A stretch of 64,000 nt of DNA from a bacterium (lineage in GTDB: Bacteria; Zhuqueibacterota; Zhuqueibacteria; Residuimicrobiales; Krinioviventaceae): contig CAXXMD010000003.1 of assembly GCA_963675755.2 (NCBI GenBank), forward strand, positions 3,520,001-3,584,000, in the 5' to 3' direction. Every line of letters starts with the position of its first letter. Within the stretch, counting starts at the first letter, position 1. The translations under genes were made by a program, and so were the position numbers. Of this stretch, positions 29,668 to 39,440 are shown piece by piece. The notes beneath the pieces were generated by a model. The model ran no database searches. It saw only the letters and a list, made by a program, of their open reading frames with translations, and was not told the DNA's origin.

Positions 29668-29716
29668 TAGGCATAAAACCTCCGAAATTTTAAGTTAAAA
29701 TATAAATTAATTATAA

Positions 29717-29751
29717 ACTGAGACGCCATCAAATGCTGATAGCGTCTCAGT
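29717..29751. promoter_or_regulatory. GC-rich hairpin in the leader of the primase gene
   Basis: ACTGAGACGC-C-ATCA aatgc TGAT-A-GCGTCTCAGT inside AT-rich DNA, about 50 bp upstream of the start codon. Confidence 0.55.
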
Positions 29752-30072
29752 CAAATTTTCCTGTTGTCTTTTTTCGGGGGTTTTTACTTTGAATAGTTTA
29801 TTATAAACTATTTATTTGGGGTTGTCAAGTTTTCCTGTTGGCAGTCTTTAATTTATTATATACTATTTTGAAGGCATAGTCAATAAATAAATTAAAAAAA
29901 ACACATTTTTTTTGGGTTGTTTTACCGACATTGCCTAAGAGTCCGTATAATTAATATAACGCATTAACTCTGAATAAGTTCTGGCATAAACATATATTTA
30001 TTAGGCATTTGAATTTTAATTGCTAGAAACTATCAGTGACCTTCATTTTTTTATGAATTCAAGGATGATAAA

Positions 30073-30099
30073 TTTGTCACGTGACATATATGTGACAAA
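30073..30099. repeat. GTGACA repeat cluster, candidate integrase arm-binding sites
   Basis: TTTGTCAC-GTGACA-TATAT-GTGACAAA about 135 bp from the tRNA 3' end. Confidence 0.5.
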
Positions 30100-30192
30100 A
30101 GAGAGGGAAAAGCTGTTAAAACCAGTTAAATAGAGTGAAAAGGGTGAAGGAGGCTAATAAAAGGTTTTTTGCCTAAAGTCTTGTTTTTTAAT

Positions 30193-30226
30193 AAAAAAAG
30201 CCCCTAACTCTTGTAGAATTAGAGGC
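30193..30226 (-). terminator. Intrinsic terminator downstream of the tRNA
   Basis: Minus strand GCCTCTAATTCT-ACA-AGAGTTAGGGGC-TTTTTTT. Confidence 0.75.
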
Positions 30227-30234
30227 AGTGTTCG

Positions 30235-30308
<74 letters not shown>

Positions 30309-30507
30309 AAGTAACAGCACTTATTATACATAATTTTTATTTTTATTTCAACTGTTTTTTTTATGATGATTGAAATTTCTTGGGAATTGTTTACCATTCA
30401 AACAATATTTCGTGAAAATAAATACTGGATTGATCAAAAAGAAATTCATTGAAAAACTGATTTATATTCTTTATATAGTTATAAATACTTTTAGAAGGAG
30501 ATGATAA

Positions 30508-31401
30508 ATGAAAAATTACATGGTTACGATGAATCTGTTGTTAGCTGTATTGTTTGCAGTATCTGCTTTTAGTGCCGAGCCTGTTACAATTCCCTTGTAT
30601 AAAGACGGAATCAAAGACAATCCGTTTAAACCTGCAAATAAGGAAAAAACAGTAAATCGAAAAGCTGACCAGAATGAAAAAGGATTAAACCGGGCTATTT
30701 ATAACGTAACTGAACCTGTGTTGGATATTTATCTGGCCCCGGATACGGGAGCGAAAAATCCTGCTGTTGTTGTATTTCCTGGTGGTGGTTTTACACATGT
30801 TACTATAGATAAAGAAGGTTATGATGTTGCAGAATGGCTGAATAGTATTGGTGTATCTGCAATTGTTGTTACCTATCGTACAGTTCCTGAAGAATTAGAA
30901 CGTGGTTCAAAACTCTCAAACAAGCTTCGCAAAGTGATTCTTGAAGATGCAGTACAAGCGGTTAGTGTAACCCGTTCAAAATCTTTGGAATGGAATTTGG
31001 ATTCTGAAAAAATTGGTGTAATGGGATTCTCTGCCGGTGGGAACCTGAGTGGATCAATTATAACCCAAATGTATGTGCCGGATGGTGTAGATTTTAAAAC
31101 CGAGATTCGTCCGGATTTTGCCTGCCTGGTTTATCCTGGAATTGGTGAGGCCCATAACGCCAAGGTAGATTCTACATTACCGCCGGTATTTATTACTGTA
31201 GCAATGGATGATCATACCACACCGGCACCCAGAGCTATTTCATTTTTTGAAAAATTGTTAGAGAATTCGGTACTCACCGAGCTGCATATTTTTCAAAGTG
31301 GATCGCATGGATTTGGTTTGGCCAAAAACAAGAGTGTTGCGAAAAACTGGCCCTTTTTATTTGAAAATTGGTTAAAGGAAAACGGAATATTGAGTAAATA
31401 G
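30508..31401 (+). CDS. Secreted alpha/beta hydrolase (acetyl/feruloyl esterase-like)
   Basis: Signal peptide, FPGGGF, GFSAGG nucleophile elbow, HGFG. Confidence 0.85.
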   Translation: MKNYMVTMNLLLAVLFAVSAFSAEPVTIPLYKDGIKDNPFKPANKEKTVNRKADQNEKGLNRAIYNVTEPVLDIYLAPDTGAKNPAVVVFPGGGFTHVTIDKEGYDVAEWLNSIGVSAIVVTYRTVPEELERGSKLSNKLRKVILEDAVQAVSVTRSKSLEWNLDSEKIGVMGFSAGGNLSGSIITQMYVPDGVDFKTEIRPDFACLVYPGIGEAHNAKVDSTLPPVFITVAMDDHTTPAPRAISFFEKLLENSVLTELHIFQSGSHGFGLAKNKSVAKNWPFLFENWLKENGILSK

Positions 31402-31404
31402 AAA

Positions 31405-32433
31405 ATGACTGAATTGATTAAAAACGTTAATGAGCTGGAAAAGATATTATCTGCCCCATCTGATGACTTGATTGAATATATGTCCGGGTTGGAAGGGGAT
31501 ATTGCAATCCTTGGCGCTGCCGGCAAGATGGGACCCTCGCTTGCTAAACTGGCAAAAAATGCATTAAAAGCAAGCGGCAAATCGAATCGGGTAATTGCAG
31601 TTTCCCGGTTTTCATCCGAACAAGCTTTGATGGACCTGAATGGTGCGGATATTGAGACCCTACGCGGTGATCTATTAAATAAAGATTTTCTTGCAGGGCT
31701 GCCTGATGCATATAATATGATTTATATGGCGGGATTAAAATTTGGCTCTACCGGAAATCCGGGTTTGACCTGGGCAATGAACACACATTTACCTTCATTG
31801 GTGAGTGAAAAATTTAGTGACTCTCGAATTGTTGCCTTGTCTACCGGTAATGTATATGCATTTAGTGCTGTGAGTGATGGGGGATGCACGGAAAAAGATC
31901 CCACCAACCCAGTGGGTGAATATGCTCAATCGTGTCTTGGCCGAGAACGAATGTTTGAGTATTTCAGTAAGCTCAATTCTACACCTGTTTGTCTGATACG
32001 GTTGAATTATGCCGTTGAAACACGTTATGGTGTTTTGGTAGATGTTGCAACCAAGGTTTTTAACAATGAGCCGGTTGATGTTACCATGGGATATGCGAAT
32101 GTTATATGGCAGGGTGATGCCAATGCAATGATTTTAAGAGCATTGGATCATTGCAAGTCTCCTGCTGCTGTTTTAAATATTACAGGTCCGGAAATTCTAT
32201 CGATTCGATGGTTGGCAGAACAGTTTGCAGCTTTGATGAATAAAGATGTTGAAATTGTAGGCAAAGAAGCTGATACCGCATTGTTAAATGACGCTTCAAA
32301 AGCTTTTTCTTTATTTGGCTCTCCACATGTAGAGTTAAATACAATAATAGAGTGGACGGCAGACTGGATTATGAATCATAAACCGATGTTAAACAAACCT
32401 ACACATTTTGAAACAAGATCCGGAAAATTTTAA
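31405..32433 (+). CDS. NAD-dependent epimerase/dehydratase
   Basis: LGAAGKMG Rossmann motif, STGNVY, YAQSC, IRLNYA. Confidence 0.85.
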   Translation: MTELIKNVNELEKILSAPSDDLIEYMSGLEGDIAILGAAGKMGPSLAKLAKNALKASGKSNRVIAVSRFSSEQALMDLNGADIETLRGDLLNKDFLAGLPDAYNMIYMAGLKFGSTGNPGLTWAMNTHLPSLVSEKFSDSRIVALSTGNVYAFSAVSDGGCTEKDPTNPVGEYAQSCLGRERMFEYFSKLNSTPVCLIRLNYAVETRYGVLVDVATKVFNNEPVDVTMGYANVIWQGDANAMILRALDHCKSPAAVLNITGPEILSIRWLAEQFAALMNKDVEIVGKEADTALLNDASKAFSLFGSPHVELNTIIEWTADWIMNHKPMLNKPTHFETRSGKF

Positions 32434-32443
32434 GGGATTTAGA

Positions 32444-33517
32444 ATGAGTTTACCTTTACCACCCCAAGATGTTTTATCATTACTTAAAAAAGGTGTAGTT
32501 ATACCTGCCCATCCGCTTGCTCTGGATAAAAATCGTAATATGAATGAAAGACGACAGCGGGCATTAACACGATATTATCTGGATTCGGGAGCGAGGGGAA
32601 TGGCGGTTGGCGTACATACAACCCAATTCGAGATCCGTGACCCTGAAATTGGATTATACAAACCCGTGTTGGAACTGGCAAGTGAAGAGATAGATGGATA
32701 TTGTGATAAACAAAATCAGCTTGTTGTGAAAATTGCCGGATTGGCCGGGAAAACTGACCAAGCTGTAGGTGAGGCCAAAACTGCTGTAGAATGTGGCTAC
32801 CATACCGGACTTTTAAGTTTGGCCGCTTTTAAAAATGCAAACAATGATGAATTGATTGAGCATTGTAAAGCCGTTGCAGAGATTATTCCGTTAACCGGAT
32901 TTTATTTACAACCTGCAGTTGGGGGTAGAGTGCTGGATAGTGACTTTTGGCGGGCATTTGCACAGATTGAAAATGTGGTGGCCATAAAAATTGCTCCGTT
33001 TAACCGTTACCAAACACTGGATGTTTTACGTGGTGTTGCGGAATCCGGAAGAGCAAAAGACATTGCTGTATATACGGGTAATGATGATAATATTGTATCG
33101 GATTTATTGACGACTTTAGAATTCCCGGGAGATAATGGGAAAATCAAAATAGATATTGTTGGAGGGTTGTTGGGGCATTGGGCCGTATGGACAAAACGAG
33201 TTGTTGAAATTTTTAATGACGTTCAAACTGTAAAAGCATCGGAAGAGGGGATTCCTGCTTCATTGCTTACACTTGGAGCACAAATCACAGATTGCAATTC
33301 CGCTTTTTTTGATGTGAAAAATAATTTTGCCGGTGTTATAACCGGTATTCATCAGGTATTAAAAAGACAGGGCTTGCTGGAGGGGATTTGGACTTTGAAT
33401 CCCGATGAGGGATTATCTCCGGGGCAGTTGGAAGAGATAGATCGGGTTTACAAAATGTATCCTCATTTGAATGATGATGATTTTGTGAAAGAAAATTTAG
33501 ACAGGTGGTTATTGTAG
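32444..33517 (+). CDS. Dihydrodipicolinate synthase/NAL-family aldolase
   Basis: VIPAHPLAL, GVHTTQF, FYLQPAVGG, AIKIAPF (Schiff-base Lys), YTGNDD. Confidence 0.82.
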   Translation: MSLPLPPQDVLSLLKKGVVIPAHPLALDKNRNMNERRQRALTRYYLDSGARGMAVGVHTTQFEIRDPEIGLYKPVLELASEEIDGYCDKQNQLVVKIAGLAGKTDQAVGEAKTAVECGYHTGLLSLAAFKNANNDELIEHCKAVAEIIPLTGFYLQPAVGGRVLDSDFWRAFAQIENVVAIKIAPFNRYQTLDVLRGVAESGRAKDIAVYTGNDDNIVSDLLTTLEFPGDNGKIKIDIVGGLLGHWAVWTKRVVEIFNDVQTVKASEEGIPASLLTLGAQITDCNSAFFDVKNNFAGVITGIHQVLKRQGLLEGIWTLNPDEGLSPGQLEEIDRVYKMYPHLNDDDFVKENLDRWLL

Positions 33518-33532
33518 GCTACTTGAGTTTTT

Positions 33533-33562
33533 ATGCCCTTGCAAAACTGTAAGGGCATTTTT
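33533..33562 (+). terminator. Intrinsic terminator
   Basis: ATGCCCTTGCA..TGTAAGGGCAT-TTTT. Confidence 0.7.
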
Positions 33563-33674
33563 GTATCATGACTTGATTATTATCGATTATATCCGTCAAA
33601 ATTTTCTTGTTTTGATCTAAACTGAAAAATTGTATATTTGTATATCTTGTGAATACATGATAGTGGAGCTCTTG

Positions 33675-35027
33675 ATGAGATATACAAATCTGTTCTTTAT
33701 GATATTATTTTTATCTTTTTCATTGTTTGCTCAACAATTGGCATTTCCAACTGCTGAAGGGTATGGCCGTTTTGCAAAGGGTGGACGTGGAGGAGATGTT
33801 TACCATGTTACAAATATTAATGATTCTGGCAGCGGTTCGCTGCGTTATGGAATCGAATCTGCAACTGGACCCAGAACGATTGTTTTTGATGTTTCAGGTA
33901 CCATTGAGTTGAAATCTAATCTTTTAATTGATAAACCTTTTATTACCATTGCCGGCCAGACTGCACCAGGTGAAGGAATTACTCTCAAAGACAGAACGCT
34001 TGCAATTGAAAATACACACGATATTATTGTGCGATTTATTCGGATCCGATTTGGAGACAAGAACAAGACTTACGATGATTTAAATGATCCTGATGCAGTC
34101 AGAACCAAAAATATTAATAATGTTATACTTGATCATCTATCTGTTACCTGGGGAATAGATGGCGCGCAGGACCTCTCTGGAGGTAATTTTACATTGCAAT
34201 GGTCAATGTACGGGGAAAGTCTGAATAAAAGTCTGCATCACGATGATCATCCTCATGCCATGCTGGCTTCGTTTCGGCATTTGAATGGAAATATTACCAT
34301 TCATCACAATTTGTTTTTTAGTAGCAGAGACCGGCATCCTACGCTTGGCGGGGGTGTTCGTACTCAACCCGAATGTATTGTGGATTTTCGCAATAATGTG
34401 GTTTTTAATCGCAGAGGGCCAACCAATTTTGGTAATTGTAATGTAAATGTTATTAACAATTATTACAGACCTGGTAAAAGCTTTACCAAAGAATTTGAAC
34501 AGCCGTTTCAAGTTAAAGCCGAGTATGGTAAAACGCATGCTCATGGTTATTTGGATGGTAATTTTATTGAGAATAATAAAACTTTTAGCCAGGATAATTT
34601 TGCAGCTGTCAAGTATGAAAATACCGTATCTCAATATCAAAGCACTGACAGGGAATCGTTTCAGCTTGATGCTGAATTGGTAGTTGGTTCTGACAAGCCG
34701 GAAACGCAATCGGCTATTCAGGCTTATGATCTTTTATTAAAGTATGCCGGTGCGTCAATATCCAGAGATGCTGTTGATAAACGAATAGTGGAAGGAATTA
34801 AAGACCGTTCAAATCAGTTAATTGATTCTCAGGATCAAGTTGGTGGGTGGCCTGTTCTGAAAACAGCCATTCCCCCAAAAGATACAGATCAGGATGGAAT
34901 GCCGGATGAATGGGAAGCTGCAAACGGATTGAATATTCATGATTCTGCTGACCGAAATGGCGATTCTGATAATGATGGTTATACCAATCTTGAAACCTAT
35001 TTAAATTCTTATGTTGTTCGAAAATAA
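33675..35027 (+). CDS. Secreted pectate lyase (PL1-like)
   Basis: AFPTAEGYG..GGRGG, GSLR, TIAGQTAPG, DHLS, RHP; C-terminal DxDxDGMPDEWE. Confidence 0.88.
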   Translation: MRYTNLFFMILFLSFSLFAQQLAFPTAEGYGRFAKGGRGGDVYHVTNINDSGSGSLRYGIESATGPRTIVFDVSGTIELKSNLLIDKPFITIAGQTAPGEGITLKDRTLAIENTHDIIVRFIRIRFGDKNKTYDDLNDPDAVRTKNINNVILDHLSVTWGIDGAQDLSGGNFTLQWSMYGESLNKSLHHDDHPHAMLASFRHLNGNITIHHNLFFSSRDRHPTLGGGVRTQPECIVDFRNNVVFNRRGPTNFGNCNVNVINNYYRPGKSFTKEFEQPFQVKAEYGKTHAHGYLDGNFIENNKTFSQDNFAAVKYENTVSQYQSTDRESFQLDAELVVGSDKPETQSAIQAYDLLLKYAGASISRDAVDKRIVEGIKDRSNQLIDSQDQVGGWPVLKTAIPPKDTDQDGMPDEWEAANGLNIHDSADRNGDSDNDGYTNLETYLNSYVVRK

Positions 35028-35084
35028 TAATGATTATATAAAAAACATTCCATAACATTTACAAAAACAGGAAAGGGAATCGGA

Positions 35085-36095
35085 ATGAAATTAACCTCCA
35101 TGTTGGTGAGTGCCGTAATTTGTGTAACCATGATGTCCAATGCTTTTGCAAAGGATATTCAATTAAAATTCAATGATAATGGCAAGTTTAAAATTGCCCA
35201 GTTTACAGATACTCATGTGCATTTTGATAAAAATGATTCCAAACATGTGTTCGAATTGATGAGAACGGTCATTGATGCAGAAAAACCGGATTTGATTGTT
35301 TTTACCGGAGATGTAGTATTACAGCATGATCAAAAACAGGCTTATGATATTTTTGAAGAGATTTGTAATGAAAAAGATGTATTATGGGCAGTTGTTTTAG
35401 GTAATCACGATGAGGAGCATAAAGTTTCCAGAAAAGATATCGGTTTATTATTGAGCGAGTATCCGCATTGTGTTACCAATGTATCTTATGGGATTAAAGG
35501 TGCAACCAATTATGTTTACCCGGTGTATGGCAAAGATGATGCAGCGGAAGCGGTATTGTATTTTCTTGATTCCAATTCCTACAGTGCCATAAAAGACAGG
35601 GTTGATGGTTATGGATGGTTTGGGATTTCACAGATCCAATGGTACAAGGAAAAAAGTGCAGAATTTACCAAAGCAAACGATGGCAAACCTTTACCGGCAT
35701 TGGCTTTTTTCCATATTCCATTACCAGAGTACAATATTGTGTGGGATGATCCCGATATTAAAACCATTGGTGTAAAAAATGAATCGGTTTGCTGTCCTAA
35801 AATCAATTCCGGTATGTTTGCAGCCATGGTAGAGTGTGGTGATGTTATGGGTACATTTGTTGGGCACGATCATGTGAATGATTATATTGGTGGGTTGTTT
35901 GGTATTGCACTGGCTTATGGTCGCGCGTCCGGTGGGAAAAATACCTATGGAAATTTAAAATCCGGATCACGTATTATTGAACTCACAGCCGGAAAAAGAG
36001 AGTTTGATACCTGGATACGTGAACTGGATGGTAATGTGGAAATGAAATGTAATTTCCCGAAAGACTTTCCGGTGAAAAAGAAGGAAAAAAAGTAA
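35085..36095 (+). CDS. Secreted metallophosphoesterase (calcineurin-like)
   Basis: DTH, TGD, GNHD, FHIP, GHDH motifs. Confidence 0.9.
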   Translation: MKLTSMLVSAVICVTMMSNAFAKDIQLKFNDNGKFKIAQFTDTHVHFDKNDSKHVFELMRTVIDAEKPDLIVFTGDVVLQHDQKQAYDIFEEICNEKDVLWAVVLGNHDEEHKVSRKDIGLLLSEYPHCVTNVSYGIKGATNYVYPVYGKDDAAEAVLYFLDSNSYSAIKDRVDGYGWFGISQIQWYKEKSAEFTKANDGKPLPALAFFHIPLPEYNIVWDDPDIKTIGVKNESVCCPKINSGMFAAMVECGDVMGTFVGHDHVNDYIGGLFGIALAYGRASGGKNTYGNLKSGSRIIELTAGKREFDTWIRELDGNVEMKCNFPKDFPVKKKEKK

Positions 36096-36119
36096 GGTCC
36101 TAATTTGAAAGGTCCCAAA

Positions 36120-37316
36120 ATGAAAAGAATCAAGCTTTTACTGGTTTTATTTACCGCGTTATTGATCTTGATCGGTTGTTCTCAGCAAAAGGAATCCGCA
36201 CAATGGTATAGGGGGAATTTGCATACCCATTCATACTGGAGTGATGGAGATACTTTTCCGGAAATGGTTATGGATTGGTACAAGTCTCACGGATACGAGT
36301 TTGTTGCACTTTCTGATCATAATATTCTGGCTGAAGGTGAGAAATGGAAGACTATTCAAGATGAAGAAATTTACCAACAGGCTTTTAAAAACTATTTGCT
36401 GAAATATGGAAAAGAGTGGGTTGTTTACAAAAACGAGGATGGCAAAATTTCTGTAAAGTTAAAGACACTACAGGAATATGCTCCTTTGTTTGAAGAGCCC
36501 GGTAAATTTCTCATTCTAAAATCCGAGGAAATTACAGATAAAGTAGGAAAAAAGGATGTGCATTTGAACGCACATAATCTGCAAACCTTGATCGAACCCC
36601 AGGGCGGTGAAACTATAGTTGAAGCGTTGCAGCAAAATATTGATGCTGTCATTCAACAGCGTAAAGAAACCGGACAGCCCATGCTTGTTCATATTAATCA
36701 TCCCAATTTTAGATATTCAGTCACCGCTGATGATATGATCAAATTACATGGTGAACGGTTTTTTGAAGTCTTTAACGGCCACCCCTGGGTAAGAAATGCG
36801 GGTGATTCTTTACATATGAGCACAGAAGAAATGTGGGACCTGGTAAATATTGCCTATGCAAATAGAAACCAGCCATTGATGTTTGGTGTTGCTACAGATG
36901 ATGCACATGAATACCACGAGTTTGGAAAAATGATGAGTAATGCAGGACGTGGATGGGTACAGATTCGCGCATCGTCACTCGATGCGGAATCATTGATTGC
37001 AGCAATGGAAAAAGGTGACTTTTATGCCTCAACCGGTGTAACTTTGAATGATGTTTCTTTTGAAAAAAACACCATAACCATTGATGTACAAGCTGAACCG
37101 GATGTGAATTATAATATTGCATTTATCGGCTGTAAAGTGGGGGACGATGCTACTACAGTTCTTGAAACCGTCAAAGGGACCCATGCAGCGTTTCAGGTAA
37201 CTGAGGATTTGCAATTTGTAAGGGCCAAAGTGATTTCTGATAAACTGCATGATAATCCACCACCGGGCCCCGATTATCAAGTAGCCTGGACTCAACCGGT
37301 TGTATACCAAAAATAG
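36120..37316 (+). CDS. PHP-domain metallohydrolase lipoprotein
   Basis: Lipobox LIGC, GNLHTHSYWSDG, SDHN, NHP, DDAH. Confidence 0.85.
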   Translation: MKRIKLLLVLFTALLILIGCSQQKESAQWYRGNLHTHSYWSDGDTFPEMVMDWYKSHGYEFVALSDHNILAEGEKWKTIQDEEIYQQAFKNYLLKYGKEWVVYKNEDGKISVKLKTLQEYAPLFEEPGKFLILKSEEITDKVGKKDVHLNAHNLQTLIEPQGGETIVEALQQNIDAVIQQRKETGQPMLVHINHPNFRYSVTADDMIKLHGERFFEVFNGHPWVRNAGDSLHMSTEEMWDLVNIAYANRNQPLMFGVATDDAHEYHEFGKMMSNAGRGWVQIRASSLDAESLIAAMEKGDFYASTGVTLNDVSFEKNTITIDVQAEPDVNYNIAFIGCKVGDDATTVLETVKGTHAAFQVTEDLQFVRAKVISDKLHDNPPPGPDYQVAWTQPVVYQK

Positions 37317-37338
37317 CTGATTGTTGATTTTGTAAAAC

Positions 37339-37381
37339 AAAAAAACTCGTTATCCTGTATTATTGGGTAACGAGTTTTTTT
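37339..37381. terminator. Bidirectional terminator between convergent genes
   Basis: AAAAAAACTCGTTATCC..GGGTAACGAGTTTTTTT. Confidence 0.85.
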
Positions 37382-37400
37382 ATGTTCAAACTAACAGCGT

Positions 37401-39359
37401 TTATTTCTTGAAAAAAGGATTTGGTAAAAAGTAAAAGAATCCGTCTTCTGCGCCAATGAGAAGATCATTAGCACCTTTTTTATCCCAGTTTACAATTGTG
37501 GGGCTTGTAGAGTGACCTGCCAGTCGTATATCTAAAACCAGGCCTTTATTTGAAAAATAAGTAAAGCCATTTTCGGTTTTTACATATTTCCAAAAGTCGA
37601 TTGTTTTGCTGTTGGCCATTAGATCCAGCTTGCCATCATGGTCCCAATCGGTAAAACAGAGTTTCCGTCTTCCGCTGCCACCGGCATCTTTGATATTTAA
37701 TCTGAGTAATTCATCAGTATCCGCGTCTTTGAAAATACGTTCACCCGGTAAAAGTTGTGGCTGACCGTCTTTGCTGATACGTTTGAAAAATGCGAGATAG
37801 CCTTCATGATCAAGCATAACCAGATCGTTCAGTCCGTCCTTGTCCCAGTCAATTACAACCGGGGTTGTACGCCATTGTGTTGACAGGTCGTCAGGGGCCG
37901 GTTTCCACCAGTTCCATGCCGGTTTGGGAGGCGTACCCTGCCAGTCTACAGTAATCGGCTGTTGTTCTGCCAGTTTGGGATTTTCTTTAGTACCTATATT
38001 TTTGAACCAAACCACTTTGCCCCAGATGGAATTTACAAGAATATCGAGCAGACCGTCATGGTCCCAGTCAGCAACATTCAGGGTTGTGTAACCCCACTTT
38101 GCTTCACAAGGGCCTTGAATGGAACCATTGTATCCTGCCTGAATACGGATGATCTTGCCATTTGCCTGCAAGTAAACAGGTTTGGCCCATTTGGGAGATG
38201 CTGCTCCATCCAGGTTTTCAATAAAACCGATATAGCCCGCGGTATTGCCGCAAATCAGATCCTCGTCGCCGTCATTGTCCCAATCGCAGCTAAAGGGGGT
38301 TACCAGTGCGCCAAATTTAACATCCTTTGCCTGTTGTTGGAAATAGCGTGGCGGCATGAATTTGGGCATGGAATTGTTGATTACACCCGAATTTTCAATA
38401 AATGCCACACGGCCATCTTCGTCACCTGCAATAATATCCACATCTCCATCTTTGTCCCAGTCAATAGCAACCGGAACGATCATCTGCAGATCCATGGTAA
38501 TGGGTGAAAAGCTATGTGTCAATAAGCGCCCATTAGCATACTCGGGTTTGGATCGGCTGCCAATATTTTCAAAATAGGTGAATTTGTCTAAAAATTCACC
38601 GCACATGATATCCAGATCACCATCGTTATCATAGTCTGCGAGATTGGGTGATGGCATGCCATATACATCAATGGGTTTGCCCGCAGCATTGATCTTGACA
38701 GGTTCAGCGTATTTGGGGGACTTTGTTGTTCCGGTATTACGAACGAGGTATACATATCCGTGCAATGGACCGCGGGTCCATTCGCCTTTGCTGTTAAAAG
38801 CATTGTCCCATCCGTAATCACCCCAATAGCCAATTCCAACAATCAGATCAAGTTTGCCGTCTGCATCATAATCGCAGTATTTCCATTGGTTTGCACGTAT
38901 CCGGCCTTCCAGTTTGAAAACATCAGGATCTTTGAATATTTCTTTTTCTTTTGTAAAACCGGATTCTTTAAAATTGATCAATTCAACGCCCGGCTGTAAG
39001 ATACGGGGTTTGCCATCAATATAAGAGATTTGTGCGTTTTTAACTCCGGGAGCGATTTTAACTGACGGTTTGAATACAGGCATGGGAACATTACCCTCTG
39101 TGTTTTCAAACAGAAATACGCCATCCTGGGGCTTGTCTGTGCATGAAACGACCATGTCAAGATCACCGTCGTTGTCATAATCCATGGGCAAGGGCCATGC
39201 CCATAATCCCACTCCCAGATCAACGGTTAATCCGGGATTGTTATAGGGGATGCATTTGAGTTCCGTTTCAGCCGCAAAAATCATATTGGTGAAAAGCAGG
39301 ACACCTAAAAGAGATAGTAATAAAAGCGTCGGGTATTTGGGTTTCCTGAAGTTAAACAT
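37401..39359 (-). CDS. Secreted FG-GAP/VCBS repeat protein
   Basis: Multiple DYDNDGDLD / DWDxDG repeats; signal peptide. Confidence 0.85.
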   Translation of the reverse strand: MFNFRKPKYPTLLLLSLLGVLLFTNMIFAAETELKCIPYNNPGLTVDLGVGLWAWPLPMDYDNDGDLDMVVSCTDKPQDGVFLFENTEGNVPMPVFKPSVKIAPGVKNAQISYIDGKPRILQPGVELINFKESGFTKEKEIFKDPDVFKLEGRIRANQWKYCDYDADGKLDLIVGIGYWGDYGWDNAFNSKGEWTRGPLHGYVYLVRNTGTTKSPKYAEPVKINAAGKPIDVYGMPSPNLADYDNDGDLDIMCGEFLDKFTYFENIGSRSKPEYANGRLLTHSFSPITMDLQMIVPVAIDWDKDGDVDIIAGDEDGRVAFIENSGVINNSMPKFMPPRYFQQQAKDVKFGALVTPFSCDWDNDGDEDLICGNTAGYIGFIENLDGAASPKWAKPVYLQANGKIIRIQAGYNGSIQGPCEAKWGYTTLNVADWDHDGLLDILVNSIWGKVVWFKNIGTKENPKLAEQQPITVDWQGTPPKPAWNWWKPAPDDLSTQWRTTPVVIDWDKDGLNDLVMLDHEGYLAFFKRISKDGQPQLLPGERIFKDADTDELLRLNIKDAGGSGRRKLCFTDWDHDGKLDLMANSKTIDFWKYVKTENGFTYFSNKGLVLDIRLAGHSTSPTIVNWDKKGANDLLIGAEDGFFYFLPNPFFKK

Positions 39360-39440
39360 TCTTCCTCCGGTTCGTATACTGTAAAGAGTTGGTTGAGTTA
39401 AAATTGATGTGAGCAGGATATTACCTGCCCAATATTAAAA

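Larger units (their letters stand above)
1..30234. mobile_element. Integrated element (prophage/satellite/ICE-like genomic island) anchored at the tRNA-Arg(TCT) 3' end; left end lies outside the window
   Basis: Primase-helicase, beta-clamp paralogue, R-M/defence cargo and compositional shifts all lie downstream of the tRNA 3' end. Housekeeping and metabolic genes resume on the other side of the tRNA. No integrase or virion genes are visible. Confidence 0.75.
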
